Shown: positions 62,216-64,000 of the stretch, piece after piece
Numbering within the stretch: position 1 is the stretch's first letter
Layout: the number at the start of each line of letters is the position of its first letter
NCBI GenBank assembly: GCA_030390025.1
Contig: CM059432.1
Coordinates: 27,840,001-27,904,000 of the forward strand
Origin: Squalus acanthias
Taxonomy: Eukaryota
Direction: 5' to 3'
DNA length: 64,000 nucleotides
Translations under genes and position numbers: made by a program
The notes under the pieces: generated by a model
The model's input: the letters and a program-made list of their open reading frames with translations, nothing else
Told to the model about the DNA's origin: nothing
The model's database searches: none

Positions 62216-63149
62216 CCTATGATTATATTCCAGTTGTAACTCACTCACAAGTATCTGTATTCTATTATAAATCATCTAAACATTTTGGTCAGATTACAGC
62301 CTGGAACCTAAGCCCATTATTTTTTATATATGTACAAGTATTTCAGGATGAGAAAAGGACATTCAGCTCATCCCTTTGGTATACTAACTTTTCCAGAATA
62401 GCAAACAACATCACTGCCCTCAATGTGTCAGTCTCTTATCATCGCACTGGCAGATTATTCCAGACATTTCTCACTCTTTAAGAAAGGAAATTCTCCCTAA
62501 TATCCCTTCTAGATTTTTTTTCTAATTTAAATTTATATCCTCTGGCCCTGCTAGCCTGACTTACTTTGAAGTAATATTCTTAGTTTAGCTTAAAGGTATG
62601 ATTAACTATTTAGAAAACCTTGATGAGGCACCTGTTCATTCTAGACTATATATTGCCTATTACTTCCTCGTAACCAACTGTGTTTTTATCACTTGTAATG
62701 TGCGCTTATGTGCAGCTTTGGATAATAAAACAAGCTAAAGGGGAAAGAGAGATACAAGAGAGGATAGTGGCTGTGTGAGAGGGGAAGCAGTGAGAATGTG
62801 AGACAACTGGAGTACAAAGGGTTATCAGGACAGTATGGGGCAGGGAGCAGTGGCAGTATGGGAAGGGACGGCAGGTATATGAGTCGGCACGGTAACCTTC
62901 TGGTGGGTAGGGGGGAGTGGGGGGAGCAGCATTAAAAGGGGAATCAGCAACAGTACAGGAAGGGAAATAGCAGTATAAGTGGGGGGAACAATGATATGGG
63001 AGGGGACAGCAATGGCTTGAGAGGGTAAAGTAGCAGTATTGGAGGGGAACAATTTACACTGGCTCTATAATACTGGCTGAAGGTGCCAGCTAGTCTTACC
63101 AATCATGACATGGGTGCTTTATTTTCTTTAATTAAAGAATTGTGTGATA

Positions 63150-63690
63150 TATAGAATTGCATAGACTCTACAGCACAGAAACAGGCCATTTGGCCCAAGA
63201 GGAGCCAGTGTTTATACTCCACATGAGCCTCCGCCCATTCGAATGACCTCTTCCCAGCCTGCCCCCCTCCCATATCAATCTATTCCCTTCTCCCTCATGT
63301 ATGCATCAAGCCTCTCCCTAAATGCATCAATGCTATCTACTTCAACCATTCCATGTGGCAGCGAGTTCCACATTCTCACCACTCTGTGTAAAGAACATCC
63401 TCCTAAATTTGTTGTTTGATCTGTTAGTGGCTATCTTATATTTATGCCCCCTTGTTTTGGACTTGCTCACAAGTAGAAACAGTTTCTCCACACCCTATCG
63501 AACCCATTCATGATTTTAAAGACCTTTATCAGGTCTCCTCTCAGCCTTCCTTTCCCAGAGAAAAAAGCTGGAGCCTACTCAATTCATCCTCTCCATTCTG
63601 GTAACATCCTTGTAAATAGTTTCTGCACTTTCTCCAGTGCTTCAATATCCTTTATGTAGTATGGAGATCAGAACTAACAGTGTGGCTTAT
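63150..63690 (-). mobile_element. CR1 3' fragment
   Basis: Reverse complement resembles the 43500-44060 CR1 end. Confidence 0.8.
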
Positions 63691-64000
63691 AAGAAAAAGT
63701 ATTAATCTATGATTTAACATTAAAGCAGCTGAGAATTTAACTGCAGCACCAATCATCATGGTTGTGTTGGTGGAATTAATTGGTTACTGTAATGAAACGC
63801 AAAAGCTCAGAGAGATTACAACAAGGAACATCCACTGAATTATTTCATGCAAGCTGACCTTTGAGGATGGGGACTTGGAGCTTAACAAAGATGGAAACTC
63901 TAGGGGGGGAAGTTTAACATAAAAAAGCAGATGGGTTGGGGTCATGTGGGAAGCCCCCAATCGTTGCCCCCCTCTCGCTTCTTTGGTCCCCCTCTCAATC

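Overview
Vertebrate genomic DNA, most likely a cartilaginous fish (shark/ray, inferred from the repeat families). The only host gene is CCN4/WISP1 on the minus strand. Its 48-nt signal-peptide exon 1 (57673-57720) is absent from the ORF track. A 51.5-kb intron 1 follows, then the IGFBP, VWC and TSP1 exons (5885-6173, 2515-2772, 460-653), all GT-AG with compatible phases. The cystine-knot exon lies beyond the left edge. A perfect CRE and two TCF/LEF motifs lie upstream. The rest is a nested repeat landscape: many CR1 LINEs (one nearly complete, with an esterase ORF1), L2-type LINEs, Deu-domain and other tRNA SINEs, LF-SINE-like pieces, non-autonomous PIF/Harbinger-type DNA transposons with 3-bp TSDs, and a 1.1-kb G-rich minisatellite. 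The most notable hidden system is a Penelope-like retroelement family. It has one copy with an open GIY-YIG ORF and four terminal-repeat copies carrying minimal hammerhead ribozyme motifs, two of them sense to the CCN4 pre-mRNA. A second hammerhead-bearing repeat family is also present. Repeat boundaries are approximate unless a TSD or TIR is quoted, and family names come from motif recognition, not database searches.
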